From positions 128,001 through 192,000 of the forward strand of contig CAVTBU010000004.1 of the NCBI GenBank assembly GCA_963733035.1: DNA of 64,000 nucleotides, given 5' to 3'. Source of the DNA: Pirellulales bacterium. Its GTDB lineage: Bacteria > Planctomycetota > Planctomycetia > Pirellulales > PALSA-1355. The notes below the pieces were generated by a model, which had not been told where the DNA came from, searched no databases, and saw only the letters and a program-made list of their open reading frames with translations. Position numbers and translations under genes: made by a program. This document shows, piece by piece, positions 18,101-28,537 of this stretch (positions are counted from its first letter, which is position 1; each line of letters begins with the position of its first letter).

Positions 18101-20105
18101 AGTACAGCGCGCCGTCGGGGCCGATCTCAAAGTCGCACGGCCGGAAGCTAGGATCGCTCGACGAGAGAAACGGATCTAGTTCCGTGGCCGTCAGGCTCGC
18201 GCCCTTGTCTTCCACTTCGTATCGCAAGATGCCCTGGAAGCCGATGACGTTACCCACCAGCAGGTTGTCTTGCATCTCGGGCGGGAAATGCTTGCTCGAC
18301 AGGACTTCCATGCCGGGGCACGGCCGCGTGCGCTGTTTGTAGACCGTGGGGGGCTGCGGATGTTTCGTGGGGAAATCGACATGTCCCGAGAACAGCGCGC
18401 CGTGATATGGCACCGCGCCGGTTCCGTCGACGACAATGTCTTGCCCCCAGCGATCGAACACGTGGCCATGAGGATTGGCAAAACCATACGAGACATAAAC
18501 GTCGAACTTCTGTGTGCGCGGCTCGTAGCGGAACACGCCGGCATTGGCCAGCCGCACCGGCGGTCCATACGGGGTTTCAACCTGCGAGTGATGGAACGTG
18601 CCCTCCTGGAAGTAAAGTCCACCGCCCGGATCGAACGTGAAGCTGTTCGACGTATGATGCGTGTCGGCCGAATCGAGACCGCTGATCACCCGCTCGCGCA
18701 CATCGGCCCGGTCATCACCGTCGGTATCCTTGAGAAACACCAGGTCAGGCGCCTGGGCGACATAAACGCCGCCATTCCAGAATTCGAAGCCGGTCGGATT
18801 GTGCAGTCCCTCGGCAAATCGGATGCACTTGTCGGCGCGGCCGTCGCCGTCGGTGTCTTCGAGAATCAAAAGCTTGTCGTTCAGTTCGTCCTTCGGCTTC
18901 CAATGCGGGTAGCTGTCCCAGGCGGCAACCCACAGTCGGCCCTTGGTGTCGAAGGCCATTTGCACTGGGTTGACAAGTTCCGGAAACATCTCCTCAGAGG
19001 CCACCAGGTTGACTTTCAGGTTCTTGCCGATCGTCATCTTTTCGATGGCTTCCTCGCCCCCGAGATACACGTGCTTGCCGCCGGGGAGCGGACCTGGTTT
19101 GTTGGTGATCACCTCGATGAACGGCGGCGTGTTGCTATCGTCAACCTCCAGATCACCGCCCTGGGCGATGGCCCAAATCCGCTTGTCGCGATTGGCGGTC
19201 ATCACGTTCAGCACTTCCAACTCGCGCTGCATCACCACGCGGTTGGTCTGGTCGTCGGTGAATTTCAAGTCGGCCCGACCGCCGAAGATCGAATACCCGT
19301 CGGTGGTTCGGTAGCGCGAGAACCAATCGAAGTTCTTGTCCAGCACGGCCTGCCGCAGCTTCTCAAACGAATCGGCGTCCAGTGGCTGTGAGTTCTTGCC
19401 GAACAGCTGGTGATCGATGACTCTGGCGACCTGTTCGTTGCCGCGAGCGTTCAGATGAATGCCGTTAATCGTCAGCGGTTCGTCGTCAACCTCGTAAAGC
19501 GCGGCCGTCGGCTTGTAGAGATCGACAAACGCGACTCCCTTTTCGCGGGCCACGTCGGCCATGGCCTGGGTGTACAGGGCGATCCGCTCGTTGTTCGCCT
19601 TGCCATCGGGCAGGTTGGGGTCGTCGAGGTCTTCGTGTGCGATGGGCGAAACCAGCACCAGCCTCGGCGCCGACTCCCCGTTGTATTTCTGGCCCAACGT
19701 ATGATCGATGAATTCCGCCAGGTCTTTCTTGAACTTATCCAGTCCGTCCGGACCGGCGAACGATTCGTTGTAGCCGAAGCAGGCCAGGATCACGTCGGCC
19801 TGAACGAAATTCAGATGATCGTCCGGGCTGCCAAATCCGGCCGAGCGGAGCCGTAGCGTCAGCTCGTCTCCCGAAAAGCCAAGGTTCCGGACCACCAGCT
19901 CGTGCTTGGGAAATCGCGACTGCAACAAGGCTTCCAAATAACCGAAGTGCTGCATGCGATCGGCCAGCGTGTTGCCGAGAATCGCGATGCGATCTCCCTC
20001 GTTGAGTTCGAGCCGGGGCTCGGCGGCGGGCAGCAGGGCTGGAGCCAGAAAACTCGAGACCGTGACGATCCACGAAACCACGAACGCAGGGCGAAAAGCC
20101 GGCAT
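15138..20105 (-). CDS. PVC-type heme-binding multidomain protein: SGNH/GDSL + dehydrogenase-like propeller + HEAT repeats + F-type lectin-like + cupredoxin + cytochrome c
   Basis: Signal peptide; ILGNTLA, FGYNES and NGIHLN (SGNH-like); NPVQMAFDTKGRLWV, DTDGDGRAD and GPDGALYFVDW; PRVRLEAVRA; AIDGN..HT..PWWEVDLG..YNRGD; MPHNFVI..CTYPGHWRRM; CIACH..GPDL..SIMPKGL. Confidence 0.85.
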   Translation of the reverse strand: MPAFRPAFVVSWIVTVSSFLAPALLPAAEPRLELNEGDRIAILGNTLADRMQHFGYLEALLQSRFPKHELVVRNLGFSGDELTLRLRSAGFGSPDDHLNFVQADVILACFGYNESFAGPDGLDKFKKDLAEFIDHTLGQKYNGESAPRLVLVSPIAHEDLDDPNLPDGKANNERIALYTQAMADVAREKGVAFVDLYKPTAALYEVDDEPLTINGIHLNARGNEQVARVIDHQLFGKNSQPLDADSFEKLRQAVLDKNFDWFSRYRTTDGYSIFGGRADLKFTDDQTNRVVMQRELEVLNVMTANRDKRIWAIAQGGDLEVDDSNTPPFIEVITNKPGPLPGGKHVYLGGEEAIEKMTIGKNLKVNLVASEEMFPELVNPVQMAFDTKGRLWVAAWDSYPHWKPKDELNDKLLILEDTDGDGRADKCIRFAEGLHNPTGFEFWNGGVYVAQAPDLVFLKDTDGDDRADVRERVISGLDSADTHHTSNSFTFDPGGGLYFQEGTFHHSQVETPYGPPVRLANAGVFRYEPRTQKFDVYVSYGFANPHGHVFDRWGQDIVVDGTGAVPYHGALFSGHVDFPTKHPQPPTVYKQRTRPCPGMEVLSSKHFPPEMQDNLLVGNVIGFQGILRYEVEDKGASLTATELDPFLSSSDPSFRPCDFEIGPDGALYFVDWQNPIIGHMQHNLRDPSRDRTHGRVYRVTYEGRPLANPPKVAGEPVEKLLDVLQLPESRDRYRARIELSGRPSAEVLAAADKWVASLDPKDADHEHHLLEALWLNQQHNHVNLALLDRVLASPDFRACAAAARVLGYQREQVSDALDRFRKLAADEHPRVRLEAVRAASFFTVPEAVEIAVIAAERPQDEYIKFVHGETLKTLDRYWKPAIDDGRDIAFTTDAGRRYLLQHVRNERLLAMDRTEQVCGEILRRPGILDADRAAAIAELAKVTGTSNLDVIIGALQSLDASQGEVDPSLVFDLVRQLTALPANELAPARAELEKLATSARQPVLRQIGYVSLMNIDKSADKAWQLAQESADSLRDFVGAMPLVADGSIRASLYERIVPLVDNLPQSLRPDGKSLAGRYVRIELPKRGTLTLAEVEVMSGDQNVARSGRASQSSTAHGGDAKRAIDGNKSPSYNDGGQTHTEENSRKPWWEVDLGAEVPIESIVVYNRGDGFLGGRLNGFTLKVLDGERNEVFVKEGIEAPKGSVSLAVGAGDAAVAVRQAAMMALTYVRGQEANTFALLAPHVASDRDRAAAIRALQHIRREDWPKDQARPLLQAVTESIRKLDATDRTTPDALNAMEFAHALAALLPTDDARRARAELGELGVRVIKVGTLFERMSYDKDVIAVRAGKPVEFFFENSDLMPHNFVIIQPGTLEEIGTTAEATAQQPDAAKRNFVPNSPFVLLGSKLLQPRESQKLSFTAPTKPGVYPFVCTYPGHWRRMYGALYVVADLDAYLEDPEAYLASHPLEIKDELLKDRRPRTEWKFDDLAGPVGGLKQGRSHGNGKQLFQVAGCIACHKLNGAGNQFGPDLAKLDEKFKALDVLNELLDPSARINEKFQSYVFQLDSGRVITGLVLEETPDKIKVIENPLASTTAVELNPAEVEKRLKSPSSIMPKGLLDKLSREEILDLIAYVLARGDADHALFKSDGGHQHGHAH

Positions 20106-20318
20106 GAGAATTCCTTCCGGAGCGAATGTGCGGGGCGGCTGGTTGGGGGAGGGTCGACGGTCGTTAGCGACCGACGGTCCGCGGGCGACTGGTGCGTCAA
20201 GTCGTGTAAGGGCACGCCTTTGTCGCCGGAGCGAGCCCCTTCATTCTGAACGAACGCGGGCTCCGTTTCAAGGCACGAGCGTCGGTCCAAGCAGTCCGCG
20301 GCCAGGCGGCGCCCGTGT

Positions 20319-21578
20319 TCAGTCGTGTAGTTTCTCGCGGAAGAACGAGTTGCTGACCAACAACCCGCTGACCAGAGCCATGGCGGTGAGAAACATGTGA
20401 AACGCCGTATCGACCCCCACCGTCGTGTCTTCGGTCAGCAGCGACGAGAGGCTGCGGACGCCAAACGATCCGGGAACCAGCAGCGCCAGCCCGGGCACCA
20501 CGATCAGTTGCGCCGGTTGCCGCAGCGCGTTGGCGGTCAGGTTCGCTACGGCGCCCAGAAGCAAGGCCGCCAGGAACGGTCCGGCAAACGGTCCGAATTG
20601 GGCCGTGCCCACGCGGGCGGCGATGAGCGCCAGCGTCGAGGCGCCGAGCGCCTCCCAAAAGTCGCGCCAGCGTGCCCGAAATCGAATCATTGAACCGAAC
20701 GCGACCGCGACGAGCGCCGGGGCAATCCACCACACTGGCACACGCTCGGGTGGACTGTCGACTGGCGTCGCCAGCGAGGGCACGATCAGCGAGGCGCCCA
20801 CAACCGCGCCAAAGGCCATCACCAGCAGCACGACGCCCACGCCGGCCAAGCGAGCCCCGCCCGATGCCAGGTTGCCGTGGGCAAGCTCGTCGAGCGCGTC
20901 GACCAGCGTCAGCCCTGGAAGCAGAATGATCAGGCCGGCAGCCAAGGGAATCCACTGCACCAGGTCGTGGTCAAGAGCATAGCCCGCATTCGCGATAGCC
21001 GCCGCCGCGACGGCGGCCAGCAGTTCGAACAGGCGAGTGTTCGACCTCAGACCGCGCATCAGAACGGAAAGCAGACCAACCGCTAGCCCCACGCCCACGC
21101 CGGTCACAATTTCGGGAATCGCGCCGCCAAAAAACACGGAGAACGAGCCGGCGCTGAGCACATAGGCAAGCACCGTGGAAAGCACGCCCCAACGGGGTCC
21201 CGCGCGCATCACGAAATCGATGCGACGCTTGGCTTCAGGCGCGGCAAGCTGCCCGCGAATCACGCCGCGGGCGATGGCCGAGAGCCGGGCCAGCCGCTCT
21301 AAGTGCACGGCCCCCGGTTCAACGCGCAGTAGCATAGTGACGGGAGACGTTTCCCGGCCAACGGCGAGCATCACGCCCGTCGGCAGCGCGAACACTTGGG
21401 CCGGCGTGCCGAGATGTCTGGCCGTCTCGGTCAGCAGGCTTTCCAACCGATGAGCCGGCAGGCCCGCCGAATGCAGCGACTTGGCCAGCGCCGCCAGCAG
21501 CTCTGTATTTGAGCGGAGCTCCGCGGCCTCAACTTCCGCGCACGTCTTGCGATTTTTATCGTCCGGAGTACGCGGCAT
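20319..21578 (-). CDS. Threonine/serine exporter family (ThrE-like) membrane protein
   Basis: GLPAHRLE N-terminal domain; about 10 TM helices; IILLPGLTL..ELAHGNLASG; VPGLALLVPGS. Confidence 0.8.
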   Translation of the reverse strand: MPRTPDDKNRKTCAEVEAAELRSNTELLAALAKSLHSAGLPAHRLESLLTETARHLGTPAQVFALPTGVMLAVGRETSPVTMLLRVEPGAVHLERLARLSAIARGVIRGQLAAPEAKRRIDFVMRAGPRWGVLSTVLAYVLSAGSFSVFFGGAIPEIVTGVGVGLAVGLLSVLMRGLRSNTRLFELLAAVAAAAIANAGYALDHDLVQWIPLAAGLIILLPGLTLVDALDELAHGNLASGGARLAGVGVVLLVMAFGAVVGASLIVPSLATPVDSPPERVPVWWIAPALVAVAFGSMIRFRARWRDFWEALGASTLALIAARVGTAQFGPFAGPFLAALLLGAVANLTANALRQPAQLIVVPGLALLVPGSFGVRSLSSLLTEDTTVGVDTAFHMFLTAMALVSGLLVSNSFFREKLHD

Positions 21579-21705
21579 GACTGGTCCGGCAAGCGGTCGA
21601 TTCGTCCTTGAAGCGCCGTCAGCGTATCGAGAAGCGACCGCTATGTCGAGTGTGAGCAGACTGTAGCGAAATGCTCCGTCGTGCCTTGAAGCACCAATAG
21701 CCGGC

Positions 21706-22737
21706 TCAATATTCCTCGGTGATTGGAGTTCCCTCGGCGCGTGTGCACAGATAACGCATCACGATCGGGTTGATCTCCTGCTGCAAGTAGCGGACGCTTC
21801 CATCGACCATTAGTGCGTTCGCTCCACCCGGATGAAAGCTAAAAATCTCGTCGTTTGGACCGCAATTGCCGGTCGTCCACGGACAATCCCCTGGTCCGCC
21901 GGTTTGCGCGCTGTTGTTATTGATCACCGCTTGCAGCTTCCCGACCGCGGAGTTCGGCGGACCCGAAACACCGGCCCCGTTGTCCGGCTCGGCCCAGCGA
22001 TTGTACGAACGCCTGCCGCTCGGCGTGGCAGGCTCCGCATTGACACCGGCTGTAATCGCTGGATCGGGATAGGGGGATACTAGAAATGGCGATAAGGTTT
22101 CATGGTTGCGACCACTATCTTCCGAGACCGCGATCGTATGGCTCGTGCCATCGGTAATTCGTGCAATCCGCACCCCGCCGAGTGTGCCCAGGGCTGAATC
22201 CATCCGAGTCGCAGTGTTGCGCACCCCGGTGTTGGGATCGATGTCGGTATACGCGACCGGCATGTAATTCGTTTCGCCGTATCCATACGGATCCTCGACT
22301 TGCAGGGCGTTGCTCGGACACAGAAATGACGGGATGTTGGTCTTGGCCGCGTATTGGTTTCCGGGGTAATTCTTATCGTTATAGAGTTGATCAATGTCGA
22401 AATGACTCATGACGTTGCCTTCTTCCATGTAGCTCAAAATGTAGGTGAACATCGAATGCTTGTCGAAGCCAGTGCTTCCGGTCTTCACGCCGGCAACCAT
22501 GGTCCAAACCGTTCCCTCACCACCAGACGGAAGTTTGCGAAGCGTCGACTCATGATTCAGAATCGCCAATCCAATCTGCTTGAGATTGTTCGTGCACTGC
22601 GACCGCCGTGCTGCCTCACGAGAGGCCTGAATTGCTGGTAGCAAGAGGCCGACGAGCACGCCGATGATGGCGATCACCACCAACAATTCCACCAAGGTAA
22701 AACCACGGGATCTCCGTAAGACAGCTTGGCGCTTCAT
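21706..22737 (-). CDS. DUF1559 prepilin-type N-terminal cleavage/methylation protein with H-X9-DG C-terminal motif
   Basis: [76 protein letters not shown]. Confidence 0.92.
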   Translation of the reverse strand: MKRQAVLRRSRGFTLVELLVVIAIIGVLVGLLLPAIQASREAARRSQCTNNLKQIGLAILNHESTLRKLPSGGEGTVWTMVAGVKTGSTGFDKHSMFTYILSYMEEGNVMSHFDIDQLYNDKNYPGNQYAAKTNIPSFLCPSNALQVEDPYGYGETNYMPVAYTDIDPNTGVRNTATRMDSALGTLGGVRIARITDGTSHTIAVSEDSGRNHETLSPFLVSPYPDPAITAGVNAEPATPSGRRSYNRWAEPDNGAGVSGPPNSAVGKLQAVINNNSAQTGGPGDCPWTTGNCGPNDEIFSFHPGGANALMVDGSVRYLQQEINPIVMRYLCTRAEGTPITEEY

Positions 22738-23176
22738 TGCGATTGCCCCAAAAAAAGAGTTCGATCAGGTTGGACACCACCTGGACACCGACCCAAACGC
22801 TAGCGGGACATTGCGAAAAAAAAGATGAGCGACATGTGAGAATTGCATTTAGGGCCTAATGAATTGCAAGTTCCGTATTTATCAGTCATCCCCACCTACC
22901 CAAACCCTTCCGCGCGACTGAAGTTGAGGGAAGTGTGACCGACCAATGAGAATCTGGCTCCGAAGGGCCTCTAGGCCAGACGACTCTTGAGACGATCGGA
23001 CTCGACATTCGACGGAACAGGTCGTGCCACGGATACGCGGCGTCGAAACGGTTCTTTCAGTTAGGTGCCACGTCGAGCCGGCAGTGGCCATCTGGGGAAC
23101 AACAACAACTCTCGATTCCCTCAGCGTGCTCTGTGCCTGCGCGGTAGCTAGTCTCCCCTAACCAAAACATTGCTGC

Positions 23177-23206
23177 TTGAAATCGGGCCAGCACCTGCGG
23201 CATACT
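23177..23206 (+). promoter_or_regulatory. Candidate sigma70-type promoter
   Basis: TTGAAA (23177-23182) - 18 nt - CATACT (23201-23206), immediately before a long predicted hairpin. Confidence 0.4.
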
Positions 23207-23210
23207 CACC

Positions 23211-23440
23211 CGCGGTCGGATGGCCTGCGACGTGTGGACGAGCAACAAGCCTGGGACCTTGGTTGTCTTGTCTTTGGAACCTGCCCATCCCCGCCGACAC
23301 GTTTCGGCGGCACGAGGATTACGGGGTTCGCTTGCGTCCACACGTTCGCCGCTTGGCCGCGCAGATACGCGGCGCCGGGGATCCACGGCGCTGCAACTTG
23401 CGCGGCAGGTCTGGCTGTCTTTGCCGCACGAAGGTTTTTT
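23211..23440 (+). ncRNA. Candidate structured non-coding RNA (long rod-like hairpin plus downstream hairpins and U-tract); family unassigned
   Basis: Perfect 10-bp stem CGTGTGGACG/CGTCCACACG extended by several G-U-rich helices from 23211 to 23361; apical CCGCCGA/TCGGCGG stem; GCGGCA/TGCCGC hairpin then TTTTTT near 23435-23440. Confidence 0.4.
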
Positions 23441-23877
23441 AGCCTGGCTTGGCGGTGGCGGAAGCCGCCGTCACTTGACGTACTGGTAAAACGAGTGCTT
23501 CGTGCTGCATGCCGCGTGTCGCGCCGCTCGGTCGATGGCCGAGGAGTGACCAACTGTTAACCACTTTCAAAGTCCAATCCCGGCTCAACCGAGCACGACA
23601 CGCTTCTGTTTTTAAAAAGCGTCCAACCAAACGCCGCGCGCACCCTTGCGCGCTGGCGTTTGGTTTTTGTGGGTCAGGCCTTGGTCTGGCAGATGTCCCT
23701 CGTGCGCGCTCACCTCGGGCACGGCCTGACGTATGGGCCTGTCGAGTTGGCCGTGAAAATCGCCCCATTCGGCCCCCATTGCCCACCCAACACCGATTGA
23801 AACTGAACGTCCTAACTGGTCTACTTGTCCATTCTTCTGACATTTGCAGTCGCTCTTGGAACCGTTTTGCTGGAATC

Positions 23878-26800
23878 ATGTTTCGTCCCGTACCCGCGTC
23901 GGTCCGTTTTCCCGAGCTTGAGACCGAAATCGGTCAATTTTGGAAGTCGGAAAAGATCTACGAAAAGTCACTGGCGGCCCGGGCCGACGCGCCCCGCTTC
24001 GTCTTCTACGAGGGTCCGCCCACCGCCAACGGCCTGCCCCACCCGGGACATTGCCTCACGCGGGCGATCAAGGACCTGTTTCCGCGGTATCGCACGATGC
24101 GCGGCTACTTGTGCCAGCGAAAGGCCGGCTGGGACACGCACGGGCTGCCGGTGGAAGTCGAGGTATCCAAGGAGTTGGGCATTCACTCCAAGGAGGAAAT
24201 TGAGCGTTACGGCGTTGAACCGTTCATTCACAAATGCCTCGAAAGCGTGTTTCGCTACACGCAGCAGTGGGAGCGGCTCACCGAGCGGCTGGCCTTTTGG
24301 ATTGATCTGAACGAGGCTTACGTCACCTACCACCAGAGCTACATCGAGAGCGTCTGGTGGGCGCTTAAGAACCTGTTCGATCGCGGCCTATTGTATCAGG
24401 GCTATAAGATCGTCTGGTGGTGGGCGCAGGGAGGCACCGCTCTCAGCTCCGGCGAAGTGGGCCAAGGCTATCGCGAGGTCGCCGATCCGAGCGTGTTCGT
24501 GCGGTTTCCGCTGGTCGACGAACCCGACACGTCGTTGCTGGTCTGGACGACCACACCCTGGACGCTGCCGAGCAATCAATTCGCTGCCGTGCATCCGGAA
24601 TTGGAATACTCCGTCGTGACCGACGGCGAAGGCCGCAAGTTGATCGTCGCCAGCGCCCTGGTCGAGGAGGTCGCCGCGAAGGCCAAGCAAGAATTTCAGG
24701 TTGTCGAAAGGCGGCAGGGCAAAGACTTGCTGGGGCTGCGTTACGTCCCGCCGTTCGACTATTACTACAAGTCGCTGGGCAGCAAGACGGGCAAGCTCCA
24801 GGCCGGCGGCCAGCAGCACATTGCTTGGCGCGTGGTGGCGGCCGAGTTTGTCACGACCGACAGTGGCACCGGCGTCGTGCATCAAGCACCAGCTTTTGGC
24901 GAAGTCGACTACGACGTGTTGCAGGCTGAGCAAGCCAGGTTCGTCGACGCCGAAGGCCCGGAATTGATCTGCGCCGTGGGCCCCGATGGTAAATTCACGG
25001 CCGAGGCGCCCGATTACCTGGGCCGCTGGGTGAAGGAAGCCGACAAGGACATTTCGCGCGAGCTGCGGCGCCGAGAGCTCTTGTTCCATCAGGAACAGTA
25101 CCTGCACGAGTATCCGTTCTGTTGGAGGGCGGAAGAGGATCCGCTGATTCAGTATCCGCGGCAAAGCTGGTTCATCCGCACCACGCAATACAAGGACCAG
25201 ATGCTGGCCAACAACCGGCAGATCAACTGGTTGCCCGAGCATATCAAGGAGGGCCGCTTCGGCAATTTCCTGGAGAGCAACGTCGACTGGGCCCTCTCCC
25301 GCGAGCGCTACTGGGGCACGCCGCTGCCCATCTGGGTTTGCAGCGCGACCGGCCGCGCCGAAGCGGTTTCGAGCTACGGCGAACTGCTCGCCAAGCCGGG
25401 CGTCGCGGGCATCGAGGTCTGGCAAAAAGCAAAAGCGAGCAACCCAGATTTGTCGGACCACCTCAAAGTTCACAAGCCGTACATCGACGCGGTGACCTAC
25501 ACCTCGCCGTTCGATCCCCGGGGGACGATGCGCCGCGTATCGGAAGTGATCGACGGCTGGTTCGATTCCGGCGCGATGCCGTTCGCGCAGTGGGGCTACC
25601 CGCATGCGGGGCACGACAGGTTCGAGAAGCAGTTCCCGGCGGACTTCATCAGCGAGGCGATCGACCAGACGCGCGGCTGGTTCTATAGCCAACTGGCCGT
25701 CAGCACGCTGTTGTTTAGCGATCAGGATTCCAAGGATCCCGACCGGCCGGCCCACGCTTTCCCGCACCCGTTCCGCAATTGCATCGTGCTGGGGCTGATG
25801 CTGGGCGAAGACGGCCAGAAGATGTCCAAGAGCAAGCGAAACTATCGCGAACCGCAGGAGATCTTCGACCGCTATGGCGCCGATGCGCTGCGTTGGTACT
25901 TTTTCGCGAATCAGCCCCCTTGGACGTCGATCCGCTACAACGAACAGGCGATCAAGGACAGCATTCCCGAGTTCCTGCTGCGGCTGTGGAACGTCTATAG
26001 CTTCTTCGTGATCTATGCCAATATCGACGGTTTCGATCCCGCGGCCGCCATCTCGGGCAAGGCAACTCAACTATCCGCGGCAGAGTTCCCCACGGCCAAA
26101 ACCTATCGACCCATCTCGGATCGATCGGAGCTTGACCGCTGGATCCTCAGCGAACTACATCGTACGGTCGCCGCCGTGGTCGAGCACATGGACGCGTACG
26201 ACAACTTCGCCGCGTGCGGCGCGGTCACGCAGTTTGTCGACGCATTGTCGAATTGGTATGTGCGCCGCAGCCGCGATCGCTTTTGGGCCGAAGACAAAAC
26301 GTCGCCCGATAAGCTCGACGCGTATTGGACGCTCTACGAATGCCTGTTGACTACGTCCAAGTTGGTCGCGCCGTTCGTACCCTATCTGGCCGAGGCCATT
26401 TGGCAAAACCTGGCCTCGGCCGAGTTCGGCGATCGCGTGGCCGAAAGTGTCCACCTGGTCGATTTCCCCCAGGCCGACGCCAAGGTAATCGACGCGCAGC
26501 TCTCCGAACGGATGAGCCTGGTGCGCGAGATCGTTTCACTTGGCCGCGCCGCCCGCATGGGCGCGAAGCTCAAAGTGCGGCAACCGCTGGCCAAGGTCGA
26601 AGTCATCCTGGCCGATCGCACGCATCAGAGTTGGCTGCAAGACCACGCGGCGCTGATCGCGGAGGAACTGAACGTCAAGCAAGTGGAATACACCGAAAAG
26701 GCGGACCAGTACATCACCTACACGGTGCTCCCCGATCTGAAGCGGCTCGGCCCACGATTGGGAAAGCAGTTGCCGGAGGTGAAGAAAGCTTTGGCTGCTG

Positions 26801-27252
26801 CGGACGCCGCCGAGTTGCTCGCTCGCATGGAGAAAGAACACTCTGTCACGCTCGAACTGCCCAGCGGTCCCGTGCTGCTGGATGGACAGGATCTGCAAGT
26901 GCGGTTGCAGGCTAAGGAAGGCTGGGCGGCCGCCCAAGGAGCAGCTTGCGTCGTCGTGCTGGCCACGGAAATCGACGAGGCGCTAGTCGCCGAGGGACTG
27001 GCACGCGAGCTGGTGCACGCGGTGCAAAACGCGCGCAAGGACCGAAACCTGGAATACACCAACCGTATCGAGATTGGCCTGGTCACCGAAGACAACGCGT
27101 TGTTAGAGGCGGCCAACCGCTTTCGCGACTACCTGCAAGGCGAGACCCTTACCGTGCGGCTGGTGTTCGAGGCACTCCCCGACGTTGAGCCAATTGAACT
27201 CAATCTGGCGGGCACTAAGGCATCGCTCTACGTACGGGTGGTAAAAGCGTGA
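23878..27252 (+). CDS. ileS: Isoleucine--tRNA ligase (IleRS2 / eukaryote-like type)
   Basis: [83 protein letters not shown]. Confidence 0.96.
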   Translation: MFRPVPASVRFPELETEIGQFWKSEKIYEKSLAARADAPRFVFYEGPPTANGLPHPGHCLTRAIKDLFPRYRTMRGYLCQRKAGWDTHGLPVEVEVSKELGIHSKEEIERYGVEPFIHKCLESVFRYTQQWERLTERLAFWIDLNEAYVTYHQSYIESVWWALKNLFDRGLLYQGYKIVWWWAQGGTALSSGEVGQGYREVADPSVFVRFPLVDEPDTSLLVWTTTPWTLPSNQFAAVHPELEYSVVTDGEGRKLIVASALVEEVAAKAKQEFQVVERRQGKDLLGLRYVPPFDYYYKSLGSKTGKLQAGGQQHIAWRVVAAEFVTTDSGTGVVHQAPAFGEVDYDVLQAEQARFVDAEGPELICAVGPDGKFTAEAPDYLGRWVKEADKDISRELRRRELLFHQEQYLHEYPFCWRAEEDPLIQYPRQSWFIRTTQYKDQMLANNRQINWLPEHIKEGRFGNFLESNVDWALSRERYWGTPLPIWVCSATGRAEAVSSYGELLAKPGVAGIEVWQKAKASNPDLSDHLKVHKPYIDAVTYTSPFDPRGTMRRVSEVIDGWFDSGAMPFAQWGYPHAGHDRFEKQFPADFISEAIDQTRGWFYSQLAVSTLLFSDQDSKDPDRPAHAFPHPFRNCIVLGLMLGEDGQKMSKSKRNYREPQEIFDRYGADALRWYFFANQPPWTSIRYNEQAIKDSIPEFLLRLWNVYSFFVIYANIDGFDPAAAISGKATQLSAAEFPTAKTYRPISDRSELDRWILSELHRTVAAVVEHMDAYDNFAACGAVTQFVDALSNWYVRRSRDRFWAEDKTSPDKLDAYWTLYECLLTTSKLVAPFVPYLAEAIWQNLASAEFGDRVAESVHLVDFPQADAKVIDAQLSERMSLVREIVSLGRAARMGAKLKVRQPLAKVEVILADRTHQSWLQDHAALIAEELNVKQVEYTEKADQYITYTVLPDLKRLGPRLGKQLPEVKKALAAADAAELLARMEKEHSVTLELPSGPVLLDGQDLQVRLQAKEGWAAAQGAACVVVLATEIDEALVAEGLARELVHAVQNARKDRNLEYTNRIEIGLVTEDNALLEAANRFRDYLQGETLTVRLVFEALPDVEPIELNLAGTKASLYVRVVKA

Positions 27253-27890
27253 GCCCAGCCAATCCATCGACACCGCTGCGCGTCGTCGTGCTGATCTCGG
27301 GGGGCGGCACAACGCTCAAGAATCTGCTCGCCAAGCGCGCGGCCGGAGAGCTCGAAGTCGACATTCCGCTCGTAATATCGAGCAATGCCGAGGCGCGTGG
27401 GCTCGACATCGCCAGCAACGCCCGCATCGCGACATTGGTACTTCGCAGCAAGGCGTTCGACTCGCCGGAGGCGTACAGCGACGCGATCTTCTCCGCCTGC
27501 CGCGACAAGCATGCCGATTACGTTGTCATGGGAGGTTTTTTGTCGTACGTGCCCATTCCGCCGGATTTTGAAAACCGCGTGCTCAACATCCACCCGGCCT
27601 TGATCCCGGCGTTTTGCGGCAAGGGATTCTACGGGCATCACGTGCACGAAGCGGTGCTCGAGTACGGCGCCAAGGTGAGCGGCTGCACGGTACATTTCGT
27701 CGACAACCAGTACGATCATGGACCGGTCATCTTGCAGCGGGTCGTGCCGGTGCTTGATGACGATACCCCCGATACACTCGCGGCCCGTGTATTTGAAGCG
27801 GAATGCGAAGCCTACCCCGAAGCGATCCGGCTGCTGGGAAGCGGGCAGGTGACAATCGACGGTCGCCGAGTGAGGGTTCAGCCGTCCTGA
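27249..27890 (+). CDS. purN: Phosphoribosylglycinamide formyltransferase
   Basis: [44 protein letters not shown] overlap with the ileS stop. Confidence 0.95.
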   Translation: MSPANPSTPLRVVVLISGGGTTLKNLLAKRAAGELEVDIPLVISSNAEARGLDIASNARIATLVLRSKAFDSPEAYSDAIFSACRDKHADYVVMGGFLSYVPIPPDFENRVLNIHPALIPAFCGKGFYGHHVHEAVLEYGAKVSGCTVHFVDNQYDHGPVILQRVVPVLDDDTPDTLAARVFEAECEAYPEAIRLLGSGQVTIDGRRVRVQPS

Positions 27891-28402
27891 GAGTTGCTTT
27901 CGCGCGAGACGGGTTCGTAGCCGAGCGATCGATACAATCGCGCTGCCTCAACCCAGGCCTCGTGCGTTTCGAGCCAAATTTGCCGTTCGCCGCCGTCCCA
28001 AACGGCTGCTTCGAGCGAGGCCATCAGCAAGTGGCCAATTCCCAATCGGCGGAAACGAGGTAAAACCGCTAACCAATGCACCACCGGCTTGTCGTCAGTC
28101 GCCCCGCCCCGACGGGCAAGTGTGACCGTGCCGACGATTTCTCTGGGCATCATCAACCGTTGCATTTCGGCCAACCACATGGCCTGAGGCTGCCACCACG
28201 GCTTTTCCAGAAACTCCCGCTCGAAATCCGCCGTGTCCCAATCGCTCAGGCTTACTTTCTGCCGGGAAAAAGCCCGGCGGCGAAGCTCGAGCCAGGCCGG
28301 GATGTCATGCCGCCCCGCGTAGTGACGCAAATGCACGTCGGCAATCTGCGGCAACGTCGGACGCGCACTAAGCTTCTTGGTGAGTTGCTGCACGATAGGC
28401 AT
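27878..28402 (-). CDS. GNAT family N-acetyltransferase
   Basis: WLAVLPRFRRLGIGHLL acetyl-CoA motif A; AARLYRSLGY. Confidence 0.85.
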   Translation of the reverse strand: MPIVQQLTKKLSARPTLPQIADVHLRHYAGRHDIPAWLELRRRAFSRQKVSLSDWDTADFEREFLEKPWWQPQAMWLAEMQRLMMPREIVGTVTLARRGGATDDKPVVHWLAVLPRFRRLGIGHLLMASLEAAVWDGGERQIWLETHEAWVEAARLYRSLGYEPVSRESNSQDG

Positions 28403-28537
28403 GGGCGAATTCTTTCAGGTTCGGGTTGGTTTGGCTATCCCGAAGGGCTTGGTGATGCAAGTCGTTTCCTGCGCACACGTTACCACTTATTGCGCACTTT
28501 TGTGATTAATTTCTACCAATAATTTCCATCTAGATGA

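Noticed and set aside
15186..19391. Long plus-strand ORFs (628, 252 and 373 aa)
   Set aside because: Antisense shadows of the 1655-aa gene, with no domain signatures.
23080..23460. Cobalamin or c-di-GMP riboswitch on the minus strand (fragments AGGGAA, GCCACTG, AGCCAGACCTGCC, GGCAAA)
   Set aside because: The fragments are in the wrong order and spacing, and the core consensus elements are missing.
23509..23877. 123-aa N-terminal extension of IleRS in the ORF track
   Set aside because: Arg/Pro-rich, non-protein-like sequence. IleRS homology begins at MFRPV (ATG 23878).
23440..23877. T-box riboswitch upstream of ileS
   Set aside because: No GGTGGNACCGCG T-box motif or recognisable specifier stem found by eye.
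24388..26070. 560-aa minus-strand ORF
   Set aside because: Antisense to ileS; shadow frame.
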